Source of the DNA: Chloroflexota bacterium
Lineage (GTDB): Bacteria > Chloroflexota > Dehalococcoidia > Dehalococcoidales > RBG-16-60-22
NCBI GenBank assembly: GCA_018829775.1
Contig: JAHJTL010000097.1
Span: forward strand, 15,658-79,657
Direction: 5' to 3'
Length of the DNA: 64,000 nt
Shown one piece after another: positions 1-8,346 of the stretch. The notes beneath the pieces are model-generated. The model worked only from the letters and a program-made list of their open reading frames with translations. It did no database searches and was not told the DNA's origin. Position 1 is the first letter of the stretch. The number at the start of each line of letters is the position of its first letter. The position numbers and the translations under genes are program-made.

Positions 1-1050
1 TCTCGGATAACTGGCTACTCCATCAAAGAGCTTAGGGGAATATCGTACTATGACGTCATCCATCCCAGACACCGCGCCGCCGTAGCCGATAGAGTGCGAT
101 GGCGGCTGCAGCAGGGACAAGATATTCCTGGCCGCTGGGAAATCTCCGTTATCACCAAAGACGGTACCGAAGTGCCACTTGAAGTTTCTGGCGGCGGCCC
201 GATTACCTACCACGGCAAACTGGCCACAGTCGGTTACGCTCGGGACATCACCGAGCGCAAGCTGGCGGAGGAGGCGCTCCGAGCATCCAATGAAGAGCTT
301 CAGGCAACCAATGAGGAACTGAGGGAAGCGCAGGAGCAGCTGATTCGCTCGGAGCGGCTGGCGGCTATCGGTCAGCTGGCGGGAGGCGTGGGCCACGAGC
401 TCAGAAACCCGCTTGGTGCCATCAAAAATGCCACCTACTATATCAAGGGTAAACTGGCTAAAAGTGAGTTGGCGGAGAAGGAGCCGCGGGTTCTGGAATT
501 TCTTGACATCGTGGATGATGAGATAAATACCTCCAACAAGATCATCAATGACCTGCTCGGGTTTTCCCGTGTCGGCAAGCCAGCGGTTACACCCACGCTG
601 GTGAAGAAGATAGTTGAAGAAGCCCTGGCACGGGCACCTGTTCCGGAAAACATAGAGCTGACCGAGAATCTGGACTCTGACTCGACTGAAATTGCAGTGG
701 ACGCGGGGCAGATTCAGCAGGTGTTGATTAACGTGATTACCAATGCGGTGCAGGCAATGCCAAAAGGTGGAAAATTAACCATTAGCACCAGAGAAAAAAG
801 AGGGTTCCTGGAGCTGGATGTAACCGATACCGGAAGCGGCATAACCAATGAGACAAAGGGCAAGATTTTTGACCCCCTGTTTACAACGAAGGCAAAGGGT
901 ATTGGCCTGGGACTGGCCGTCAGCAAGTCAATAATTGACCGTCACGGCGGGCAGATCGAGGCCAAGAGCACGGCCGGCAAGGGGACCACGTTTACCATCA
1001 GGTTACCACTGAAGACACCGGTTCAGGAGGACAGCTTTGAAAAGCAGTAA
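1..1050 (+). CDS. PAS-domain sensor histidine kinase, 5' end cut by the window edge
   Basis: Frame 1 is open from nt 1 (SRITGYSIKELRGISYYDVIHP, PAS-like), upstream of the listed ORF at 94. Coiled-coil linker, H-box GHELRNPLG, then HATPase_c motifs (NVITNAVQAM, DTGSGI, GIGLGLAVS, GKGTTFTI). Confidence 0.9.
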   Translation, partial: SRITGYSIKELRGISYYDVIHPRHRAAVADRVRWRLQQGQDIPGRWEISVITKDGTEVPLEVSGGGPITYHGKLATVGYARDITERKLAEEALRASNEELQATNEELREAQEQLIRSERLAAIGQLAGGVGHELRNPLGAIKNATYYIKGKLAKSELAEKEPRVLEFLDIVDDEINTSNKIINDLLGFSRVGKPAVTPTLVKKIVEEALARAPVPENIELTENLDSDSTEIAVDAGQIQQVLINVITNAVQAMPKGGKLTISTREKRGFLELDVTDTGSGITNETKGKIFDPLFTTKAKGIGLGLAVSKSIIDRHGGQIEAKSTAGKGTTFTIRLPLKTPVQEDSFEKQ

Positions 1051-1780
1051 CGGGCAAACCAATATCCTGGTCGTTGATGACCTGCGCAGCATGCGGCTGA
1101 CGCTCGGCGGCATACTGGAGGACGAAGGGTACAGTGTCACAACCGTGGAAGACGGCTATCAGGCCATTGAGGCGGTGCGGAATAGGCACTTTGATGCCAT
1201 TTTCATCGATATCAAGATGCCCGGGATAGATGGAGTGCAGACCTTTCGGGAGATTAAAAAGATAGACCCTGATGCCACCGTGGTGATGATGACCGCTTAC
1301 TCTGTGGAAGAGCTGGTCAAAGAAGCTCTGGAAGAAGGTGCCTATGCCATTATCTACAAACCGTTCGATATAAGTATGGTCATCGCCATCATCGAGGAAA
1401 TGCTGACCAATAAAACACTGGTGCTCGTGGTCGATGACCATTTCGCTGACCGGGAGACGTTAAAGGCAATTCTCGAGGAAAAAGGATACCGGGTCGCCAC
1501 GGCTGCTGATGGTAATGAGGCAATTGAGATGGTCAGGAGTCGCCATTATGACATCATTTTCCTGGACGTCAGGCTGCCCGATATGACCGGCTTCGAGACC
1601 TTTGAACAGGTGAAAAAGATAGACCCGCAGGCAACGGTGATAATGATGACCGGCTATGCTGAAGAAGACCTCATCAAAAGTGCCGTTGAGGCTGGTGCCT
1701 ATACATGTCTATACAAGCCCTTTGATATGGAAAAGGTAATCACTCTGGTTGAGGCAGTGTCCAGGGGGAAACCAAAATGA
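1037..1780 (+). CDS. Tandem-receiver response regulator (REC-REC, no output domain)
   Basis: Two complete CheY-like receivers, each with a DD pair, phospho-acceptor Asp (FIDIKMPGIDG; FLDVRLPDMTG), T and K (YKPF). TTG start 6 nt after AGGAGG. Overlaps the kinase stop by 14 nt. Confidence 0.85.
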   Translation: MKSSNGQTNILVVDDLRSMRLTLGGILEDEGYSVTTVEDGYQAIEAVRNRHFDAIFIDIKMPGIDGVQTFREIKKIDPDATVVMMTAYSVEELVKEALEEGAYAIIYKPFDISMVIAIIEEMLTNKTLVLVVDDHFADRETLKAILEEKGYRVATAADGNEAIEMVRSRHYDIIFLDVRLPDMTGFETFEQVKKIDPQATVIMMTGYAEEDLIKSAVEAGAYTCLYKPFDMEKVITLVEAVSRGKPK

Positions 1781-4218
1781 TGTCGGTACCAACCACTATA
1801 CTGGTCGTGGAGGATGAGGCAGGGGCGAGGTCGACGCTATGTGGCATACTTGAAGAAGTCGACTACAGAGTTATTGGGCTGGAAAAAGGGGCTGACGCGC
1901 TAAAGATAATGAAAAAGAGCCCTTTCGATGTCGTTGTTGTTGACATAAAACTACCAGACATCAGCGGCTTGGAGATACTGGAGATGGCCAAGGAAATAAA
2001 TCCAGAAGCGGCGGTAATTATCACCACGGGCTCTGCCAGCGTTGAGACTGCCGTGGACGCGGTTAACCAAGGGGCTTATGCCTATTTTACGAAACCGGTC
2101 AATCCGGATGAAATCAAGAACACCATTGCTAATGCGCTCAAGCAGCAGCGGCTCTCGCTGGAAAATAAAAAGCTGGTGGAAAGACTGCAGCGCTCCAGCA
2201 AGCTTCTCTTTGAAACCAATGAAAAGCTGCAGGATGACATCGCTCAGCGGAAGCGAGTCGAGGAAGCGCTGCGACTATCGGCACATCAGTGGCAAACCAC
2301 TTTTGATGGCATCGGTGATGCGGTCTGTCTACTGGATGATGATGCCAAGATTATACGCTGCAACAAAGCGATGACCAACCTGATAGGCAGGTCGTACAGC
2401 GAGATAAACGGTAGAAACTGCTGTGAGCTGTTACACGGCCGGACGGAACCAGTTCAAAGATGCCCTTTTGTGCGCATGAAGAAATCACATCGCCGGGAAA
2501 CTCAGGTGATATCTCTGGATGATAAGTGGCTCGAGATAGCCGTAGACCCTCTCGCTGACGACCAGGGCAATATCATGGGTGCGGTTCACATTATGGCCGA
2601 TATTACCGAGCGCCGGCGGTGGGAAGAGATATTGCGGCAGTCTGAAGAGTTCAGTTCCACACTGCTGAAAAACGCTCCCTATCCAATGCTCGTGCTCAAT
2701 GCCGATACCTCAATTAAATATGTTAATCCGGCACTGGAGGAAATGTCCGGCTTTTCCCTGTCTGAGGTTATTGGCATGAAAGCGCCGTATCCGTGGTGGA
2801 CGGAAGAGACCTTGGGTAAAACGGACCGAGATTTTAGAGAAGCACGGAGTAAAGGTATCGTTGGAAGGGAGGAGCTATTTAAGAAGAAAAATGGTGAGCG
2901 GTTCTGGGTCAATATAAATGCAACCCCTCTCATTATAGACGGGGAGTATAAGTACTATATAGCGAACTGGGTTGATGTTACCGAGCGTAAACGGATAGAG
3001 GAACAGTTGAAAGAGAGCCGCGATTACCTGGAAAAGCAAAATGATGCGATTCCTGATGTGATATTCAATGTCAAATTGCCGGAAAGAACAATCCAGTATA
3101 TTAACCGGTCTATTGAGAGTGCTTTGGGATACAAGCCAGAGGAATGTATAGGACAGAGTGTGGAATTTCTCTATCCCAGTCGGGAAATATACGAAGATGT
3201 TGGTAGAAGGATTCAGAAGGGGTTAGAACAGGGTAAAAGTGTAGTCATCTCGGAACACAGCATGAGAAGGAAGGACGGTTCCTTATTCCTTTTTGAAGCC
3301 CGAATAACGTTTTTATGGGAGGCCGATAAAGTCGTCGCCGCTATATCTGTGGTCAGGGATATCACCGAGCGCAGGCGAATGGAGCAGGAATTGAAGGAGA
3401 AAAGCAGGCTCCTGGAGATAAAAAACAAGGAACTTCAGGCGCAGAGTCAGGCGTTAAGGATGCAGGAGCAGGTGCTTGTTGAGAAGACCAGAGAACTGGA
3501 AGTGGCCAGCAAAGCGAAGTCCGAATTCCTGGCTCATATGTCACACGAATTGCGCACTCCGCTCAACGTCGTCATCGGCTTCTCAGAATTGATGCTGGAT
3601 GGTGCGGTGGGAAGCCTCAATGAGGAACATAAACAGTGCCTCAATGATATTCTGAGTAGCGGGCAGCAACTGTTGAGCCTCATCAACGATATTCTGGACC
3701 TCTCTAAGATAGAAGCAGGCAAAATGGAATTAAAAATTAGGAATATCACGCTGAAGAATATTCTCGAGTCATTAAAAAATGAAATAATGCCCATAATTAG
3801 TAGGCGTAAGCAAAACCTTGAAGTAGTCATCGAGGACGAGCTGCCGCCGGTGCGAGCTGACAGGGACAAGGTACGGCAGGTGCTGATCAACCTGCTGAGC
3901 AATTCAACCAAATTTACTCCAGATGGTGGTCATCTTCGTGTCGAGGTGTTCAAAGACAACGGCTGGTGCCGGGTCAGCGTTATCGATGATGGCATCGGGA
4001 TAAAAAAGAAGGACCAAAAAATCATTTTTGAACCTTTCAGCCAGCTTGATGGTTCGCTACTGAGAGAATCAGGTGGTACCGGGCTTGGGCTGGCCATTGC
4101 CAAGCAAATCATCGAAAAGCACGGTGGCAGAATATGGGTAAACAGTAAGTATGGTAAGGGGAGTCAATTTCATTTTACTTTGCCCTTGGTCATGCCTAGT
4201 ACTGTTTGTCCCGTATAG
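1777..4218 (+). CDS. Hybrid sensor: N-terminal receiver, multiple PAS domains, HisKA and HATPase_c
   Basis: REC (VVVDIKLPDISG), three PAS-like repeats each ending DITERRR/DVTERKR, H-box SHELRTPLN, N/G boxes (LLSNSTKFTP, DDGIGI, GTGLGLAI). ATGA overlap with the upstream gene. Confidence 0.9.
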   Translation: MMSVPTTILVVEDEAGARSTLCGILEEVDYRVIGLEKGADALKIMKKSPFDVVVVDIKLPDISGLEILEMAKEINPEAAVIITTGSASVETAVDAVNQGAYAYFTKPVNPDEIKNTIANALKQQRLSLENKKLVERLQRSSKLLFETNEKLQDDIAQRKRVEEALRLSAHQWQTTFDGIGDAVCLLDDDAKIIRCNKAMTNLIGRSYSEINGRNCCELLHGRTEPVQRCPFVRMKKSHRRETQVISLDDKWLEIAVDPLADDQGNIMGAVHIMADITERRRWEEILRQSEEFSSTLLKNAPYPMLVLNADTSIKYVNPALEEMSGFSLSEVIGMKAPYPWWTEETLGKTDRDFREARSKGIVGREELFKKKNGERFWVNINATPLIIDGEYKYYIANWVDVTERKRIEEQLKESRDYLEKQNDAIPDVIFNVKLPERTIQYINRSIESALGYKPEECIGQSVEFLYPSREIYEDVGRRIQKGLEQGKSVVISEHSMRRKDGSLFLFEARITFLWEADKVVAAISVVRDITERRRMEQELKEKSRLLEIKNKELQAQSQALRMQEQVLVEKTRELEVASKAKSEFLAHMSHELRTPLNVVIGFSELMLDGAVGSLNEEHKQCLNDILSSGQQLLSLINDILDLSKIEAGKMELKIRNITLKNILESLKNEIMPIISRRKQNLEVVIEDELPPVRADRDKVRQVLINLLSNSTKFTPDGGHLRVEVFKDNGWCRVSVIDDGIGIKKKDQKIIFEPFSQLDGSLLRESGGTGLGLAIAKQIIEKHGGRIWVNSKYGKGSQFHFTLPLVMPSTVCPV

Positions 4219-4251
4219 GTAAATCTCAGGCGGATTGACGGGAGGTACAAA

Positions 4252-4641
4252 TTGCTGAAGGAAAAAGTAATGATTGTGGAAGATAACCCGCAGAATATGA
4301 AATTGATTGAGATGCTTCTAAGGTCGAAGAGCTATGTCCTGCTCAAGGCATATGACGGTGAAGAAGCGCTGGATATAGCTACCCGGGAAGAGCCTGACCT
4401 GATTGTCATGGACATGCAGCTTCCCAGAATGAGCGGAATTGAGGTAACAAAGCGGCTCAGACAGATGCCTGTTTTCAGTCATACACCGATTATTGCGCTA
4501 ACTGCCTATGCGATGAGAGGGGACAAGGAGCGTTTTCTGGAAGCAGGTTGCAATGCCTATCTATCGAAGCCGATCAGCACCCGTGAACTGCCTGTGATAA
4601 TTGATCAGATGTTACAAGTGCACAAAAAAAATGTTGCTTAG
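4252..4641 (+). CDS. Single-domain CheY-like response regulator
   Basis: IVEDNP, DLIVMDMQLPRMSG, ALTAYA and LSKP receiver motifs. TTG start 7 nt after GGGAGG; ATG at 4270 is an alternative. Confidence 0.85.
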   Translation: MLKEKVMIVEDNPQNMKLIEMLLRSKSYVLLKAYDGEEALDIATREEPDLIVMDMQLPRMSGIEVTKRLRQMPVFSHTPIIALTAYAMRGDKERFLEAGCNAYLSKPISTRELPVIIDQMLQVHKKNVA

Positions 4642-4647
4642 GGTGGT

Positions 4648-5361
4648 GTGAAGATGGCGAAAAAGATACTGATTGTTGACGATGACCCCGCAATGGTAAG
4701 GCTGATTTCGCAGGTCCTAACCAGGAAAGGGTATGAAGTACTGGAGTCCAATAATGGTCAGGAAGCGCTGCGGATACTATACAGCTGCAAGCCAGACCTG
4801 GTACTACTTGATGTGGTTATGCCCACAATGGATGGCTGGCAGACCTGCGGTCGCATTCGTGACATATCGGCTACCATACCGATTATCATGCTCACCGGTC
4901 GGCGTAAAACGGAGGATGACGTGGCTCGTGGTCTAGATTACGGTGCTGATGACTATCTCATTAAGCCGGTAGGTAATAAGGAGCTGGTGGCAAGGGTGCA
5001 GGCAATGCTGCGTCGTGCTGAGATGCCTTCGGCTATGGAAGACCAGGGCAAAGATTCCACATTTAGCAATGGTTACCTTACCACGGATGTTGTCCAGCGT
5101 AAAGTGGTGGTAGATGGGAAACGTGTCAAATTAACGCCTATTGAGTTTCGTCTGTTAGCTCTCCTACTGCAGAACACGGGCCGCATTCTGACGCACCAGC
5201 AGTTGCTGGAAAAAGTGTGGGGCTGGGAATACGTCGACGACCTCGACTATGTGCGTATCTATATCTCGCATCTGCGGCGAAAGATAGAACCGAATCCTTC
5301 CCTCCCCAAATATATCATCACCGAACCCGGCGTTGGCTACTATTTTCAGAAGCCGGCCTGA
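4648..5361 (+). CDS. OmpR/PhoB-family response regulator (REC plus winged-helix DNA binding)
   Basis: REC (LLDVVMPTMDG) followed by a Trans_reg_C-like C-terminus (LTPIEFRLLALLL, VWGWEY, VRIYISHLRRKIE, GVGY). The start may be ATG 4654 instead. Confidence 0.9.
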   Translation: MKMAKKILIVDDDPAMVRLISQVLTRKGYEVLESNNGQEALRILYSCKPDLVLLDVVMPTMDGWQTCGRIRDISATIPIIMLTGRRKTEDDVARGLDYGADDYLIKPVGNKELVARVQAMLRRAEMPSAMEDQGKDSTFSNGYLTTDVVQRKVVVDGKRVKLTPIEFRLLALLLQNTGRILTHQQLLEKVWGWEYVDDLDYVRIYISHLRRKIEPNPSLPKYIITEPGVGYYFQKPA

Positions 5362-5400
5362 CGGTAAATCTCTTCAGCAAATCTTTAAGGTGAAAGCTCT

Positions 5401-6123
5401 GTGTCTTATACTTTACCTAATAATCCTGAAGCTGGTATAATCCTAGACGATATGTCAGTAGAGGTGGAGTTACTACAATCGAGTACCTATTTTTCGGGAT
5501 TGAGTTCGAAAGAGCTTGATTCAATCCGGAAGTATATTTTTGAGAAAACGGTAGCGCGTGGAGAGATAATCCTCTTTGAAGGCGAGCCAGCTCGCGCGGT
5601 GCATTTTGTTATATCCGGTGTGGTGAAGGTATTTAAAACCTCCGCCGATGGCAAGGAGCAAATTCTATATCTGGCTCGGGCTGGTGACTCATTTAATGAT
5701 GTACCCGTCTTTGATGGAGGGCTGAGCTTGGCCAGTGCCGAGGCACTGACACAGGTAGTACTCTACGGGATGGAAAAGGGTGATATGGAAGCGAGGCTGC
5801 GGGAACATCAAAAGCTGGCGGAGAATGTATTGCAGGTGCTGTCACAGCGAATTGAGCAGATAGTCTCGCTGGTTGAGGACCTTTCGTTCCGGCGCGTGAC
5901 CGGGCGGGTGGCCAAGATACTGCTTGAGAATGCTGAAGACACGAGCGGACAACAGCCTAAACTGACCCAGCAGCAGATGGCCGCCATGGCTGGTACGGCA
6001 AGAGAAATGATTGGACGGTCGCTCAAACTGCTGGAGGATGAAGGAAAGGTGAGGCTGGAGCGCAATCGTATTGTTATCAGGGATAAGGAGGCGCTGCGAG
6101 AAATCGCCGGTGTCGGCACGTGA
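5401..6123 (+). CDS. Crp/Fnr-family transcriptional regulator
   Basis: N-terminal cNMP-binding-like beta-barrel (GEIILFEGEPARAVHFVISGVVKV) and C-terminal HTH (LTQQQMAAMAGTAREMIGRSLKLLEDEG). GTG start after AAGGTGA. Confidence 0.85.
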   Translation: MSYTLPNNPEAGIILDDMSVEVELLQSSTYFSGLSSKELDSIRKYIFEKTVARGEIILFEGEPARAVHFVISGVVKVFKTSADGKEQILYLARAGDSFNDVPVFDGGLSLASAEALTQVVLYGMEKGDMEARLREHQKLAENVLQVLSQRIEQIVSLVEDLSFRRVTGRVAKILLENAEDTSGQQPKLTQQQMAAMAGTAREMIGRSLKLLEDEGKVRLERNRIVIRDKEALREIAGVGT

Positions 6124-6190
6124 GACAAAAGTCGCTGACAGGGGGGCAAATCGGGTATTAAACTTTTGCTGTATGGAGAAAATGGGATAA

Positions 6191-6406
6191 ATGACTGAAA
6201 TGCTAATAATCGACCTTAGCAAGTGCAATGGTTGCGGTCTCTGTGTGGAAGTGTGCATGTGTCAGAAATTGGTCTTGGTTGATAACGTGGTCAAAATAAG
6301 GTCAAAGATAGAATGTCGGCAGTGTATGAGATGGTGCACGATGTGTGAAATGGTCTGTCCCACCGGGGCAATACAGTGCCCCTTCGAGGTGGTTACCGAA
6401 GAGTAG
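6191..6406 (+). CDS. Small 4Fe-4S ferredoxin-like protein
   Basis: Two Cys clusters, CNGCGLCVEVC and CRQCMRWCTMCEMVCPTGAI. Confidence 0.7.
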   Translation: MTEMLIIDLSKCNGCGLCVEVCMCQKLVLVDNVVKIRSKIECRQCMRWCTMCEMVCPTGAIQCPFEVVTEE

Positions 6407-6572
6407 CAGCGTTTGGCTGACCTGTCCCGGCCATATTGATTTCCGGTTCTTTTTTAAATTCCAGCTATCTTTTAACCTGTTTTTTCGTTATTTTAAATAT
6501 GGGACAAAAGTCACATACAGGAGCAATCTACCAGTCTAAAATAGGCTAGATAACAAGGAGAGGAGGTGCGTG

Positions 6573-6815
6573 ATGAGGAATAGAAGTAACCTGAAAGTAA
6601 GTGAGCCGGTAGAAATAAAAGCCTGCCGGCATTACTGGCATATTGAAGAAGCTGATGGCCCGGTGAGCAGAGGTATCTGTAAGATTTGTGGTGAGGAAAA
6701 GGAGTTCCAAAATTCATGGATAGCTTCCAGCTATATGGGTAAGGATGCCCGGGTTTTCGATTTGCCCAACATGCTGGAGAGTGAAGATGAGGAAGAAAGC
6801 GGGGAGAAATCGTAG
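6573..6815 (+). CDS. Small Zn-ribbon-like protein with acidic C-terminus, function unknown
   Basis: C-x-H ... C-x2-C pattern (CRHYWHIEEADGPVSRGICKICG). ATG 6573 lies 6 nt after AGGAGG; the listed GTG 6570 is too close to the SD. Confidence 0.6.
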   Translation: MRNRSNLKVSEPVEIKACRHYWHIEEADGPVSRGICKICGEEKEFQNSWIASSYMGKDARVFDLPNMLESEDEEESGEKS

Positions 6816-6834
6816 CTGTAGAGAGGTATGTATT

Positions 6835-7311
6835 CTACCATTCCAGGTTGGCAGCCGCCGCCATCGCTTTACTTAGTTTTAACCTGCTTTCCGTTAGCCT
6901 CGAACTGATTACCGCACCAAGGTTTGTCATCACCAAATAGCCTGCTTCTGGTTTTTTCCTGAAAAAGTTAATCAAATCCGAACTATTGATGCAGATGACC
7001 TCAGTTCTTTCCTGGCACTTTGCCGATGCCGTGTAGACATATGGCTCCAACATCGCAGACCATCCAAAGAGTTCGCCCGCCCTTGCCGTATGAACTGTGA
7101 CTTCCATACCCCAGGGCTCGCGAACCTGGACCGTGACATCAACTCTGCCGCTACGGCAAAGGTACAACTCAGTGGCTTTTCTGCCCTGCAGAAAGCAGGA
7201 ATCACCCTCGCGATAACTGCGTTCATGGCAAAGTTCCGCAATGTCCTTTAGTACCTCATCATTTATGCCCTCAAAAAGTGCAAATTCCTTTAGAATTTCT
7301 TGAGATATCAT
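6835..7311 (-). CDS. Cyclic-nucleotide-binding-domain-only protein (no HTH)
   Basis: cNMP-binding fold motifs (FLQGRKATELYLCRSGRVDV, ARAGELFGWSA). I moved the start to ATG 7311 because GGAGGTGGAG sits just upstream and the listed N-terminus runs into the promoter element. Confidence 0.75.
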   Translation of the reverse strand: MISQEILKEFALFEGINDEVLKDIAELCHERSYREGDSCFLQGRKATELYLCRSGRVDVTVQVREPWGMEVTVHTARAGELFGWSAMLEPYVYTASAKCQERTEVICINSSDLINFFRKKPEAGYLVMTNLGAVISSRLTESRLKLSKAMAAAANLEW

Positions 7312-7331
7312 ATTCTCCACCTCCATGCCTC

Positions 7332-7351
7332 AAATCAAAAAGGGTGCCAGC
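7332..7351 (-). promoter_or_regulatory. Duplicated promoter element, copy 1: GCTGGCACCCTTTTTGATTT (sigma-54 -24/-12-like)
   Basis: TGGCAC-N5-TTGA is one mismatch from TGGCAC-N5-TTGC. It is 20/20 identical to 8110-8129 and ends 20 nt before ATG 7311. Confidence 0.4.
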
Positions 7352-7373
7352 AAACGCATTCAATTTACGGCCA

Positions 7374-8090
7374 CTAGCGTCCCACCGGACAGACTTTAAT
7401 GCAGACACCACAGGCTAACCCCTTTTCACGTAGTTCAGTCCAGTTAATCCAGCATCTCCTAACATCTGTTCCTGTATTAAGGTTGATAGCCTGTATGGGA
7501 CAAGCTTCACTACACTTTCTACAGCTATTAGGTGCTTGCTTCTCTAAGCAAATTTCCTCCTTTATCTCTTTACCAAAGTCCAGAGGAGCTTCTGTAACCA
7601 CGCTAATCCATCTTTGTCTTGCCCCATATTCTGGGGTTAAGACAACTCCGCAGGCGCCAAGTTTCCCTAATCCTGCTGCAACGGCTATAGCCATGTGATT
7701 GAAGCAAGGCACAAAGCCAGTGTATCCTGCGTTATATTGTTCCCAGAGAATTGCGTAGCTATCAGTCTCAGGGAAGGTCATACTTCGATAGCCCTTATCC
7801 TCCGGCCACCTAACTAAGTTGTAAGCACAAGAGCCTAGCAGCTCGTTGAGGGTATCATAGTGTTTGCTGTAAATGCCGCTCGGAGTCGTCTGAAGTATCG
7901 AGTCAATTACTCTAACACCCAAAACTATGACAGACTTAACGCTGGGAAGGTAATCTTGGGGTTTATGACCCTCTGGCGCTCTCTGAAGCTCAGCACAAAA
8001 AGGGTCTGCCACTCCGAATAAGTCAAAAGAAAGGGACTCTGCCTTTTCCTTTACCTCTTCTGTCGTTAACATATTCGTTTTTACCTTCAT
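7374..8090 (-). CDS. Short reductive-dehalogenase/epoxyqueuosine-reductase (RdhA/QueG) superfamily Fe-S protein
   Basis: C-terminal double cluster (CRKCSEACPIQAI and CGVCIKVCPVGR). N-terminal FDLFGVADP...KPQDYLPSVKSVIVLG pattern as in QueG-like proteins. No TAT signal. Start moved to ATG 8090 (AGAGG 7 nt upstream) because the listed N-terminus covers the promoter element. Confidence 0.6.
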   Translation of the reverse strand: MKVKTNMLTTEEVKEKAESLSFDLFGVADPFCAELQRAPEGHKPQDYLPSVKSVIVLGVRVIDSILQTTPSGIYSKHYDTLNELLGSCAYNLVRWPEDKGYRSMTFPETDSYAILWEQYNAGYTGFVPCFNHMAIAVAAGLGKLGACGVVLTPEYGARQRWISVVTEAPLDFGKEIKEEICLEKQAPNSCRKCSEACPIQAINLNTGTDVRRCWINWTELREKGLACGVCIKVCPVGR

Positions 8091-8109
8091 TGGAAGACCT
8101 CTGCTCATT

Positions 8110-8129
8110 AAATCAAAAAGGGTGCCAGC
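8110..8129 (-). promoter_or_regulatory. Duplicated promoter element, copy 2: GCTGGCACCCTTTTTGATTT (sigma-54 -24/-12-like)
   Basis: Identical 20-mer to 7332-7351, ending 19 nt before ATG 8090. Similarity extends upstream (CAATTT ... ACGGTCACT, 8137-8156). Confidence 0.4.
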
Positions 8130-8346
8130 CACCGTCACAATTTCATACGGTCACTGACACCCCATTCTTCATCACACACCTAATCCAATATGCTATTTCT
8201 AAGGCTGTATTACATCAGGTAGGATAATTATAAACCTATTTGACGTGATGTCAATACCATTTACCATTGGGGATTTGTCCTTGAACGGCGCCTCGATAGG
8301 CTCAAGACTACATTCATGAACACATTTGTTGTAAGATAATAGGGCA

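Noticed and set aside
6345-6539. 64-aa ORF overlapping the ferredoxin 3' end and the intergenic region
   Set aside because: It runs through an AT-rich intergenic stretch with a Phe/Lys-rich low-complexity translation and has no SD.
8240-8254. Palindrome TTGAC-GTGAT-GTCAA between the RdhA/QueG-like gene and dxr, as a possible Crp/Fnr or enhancer site
   Set aside because: The arms are only 5 bp and the spacing (N5) is atypical for FNR/CRP-type sites, so it could easily occur by chance. It is worth revisiting only if the nearby sigma-54-like promoter is confirmed.
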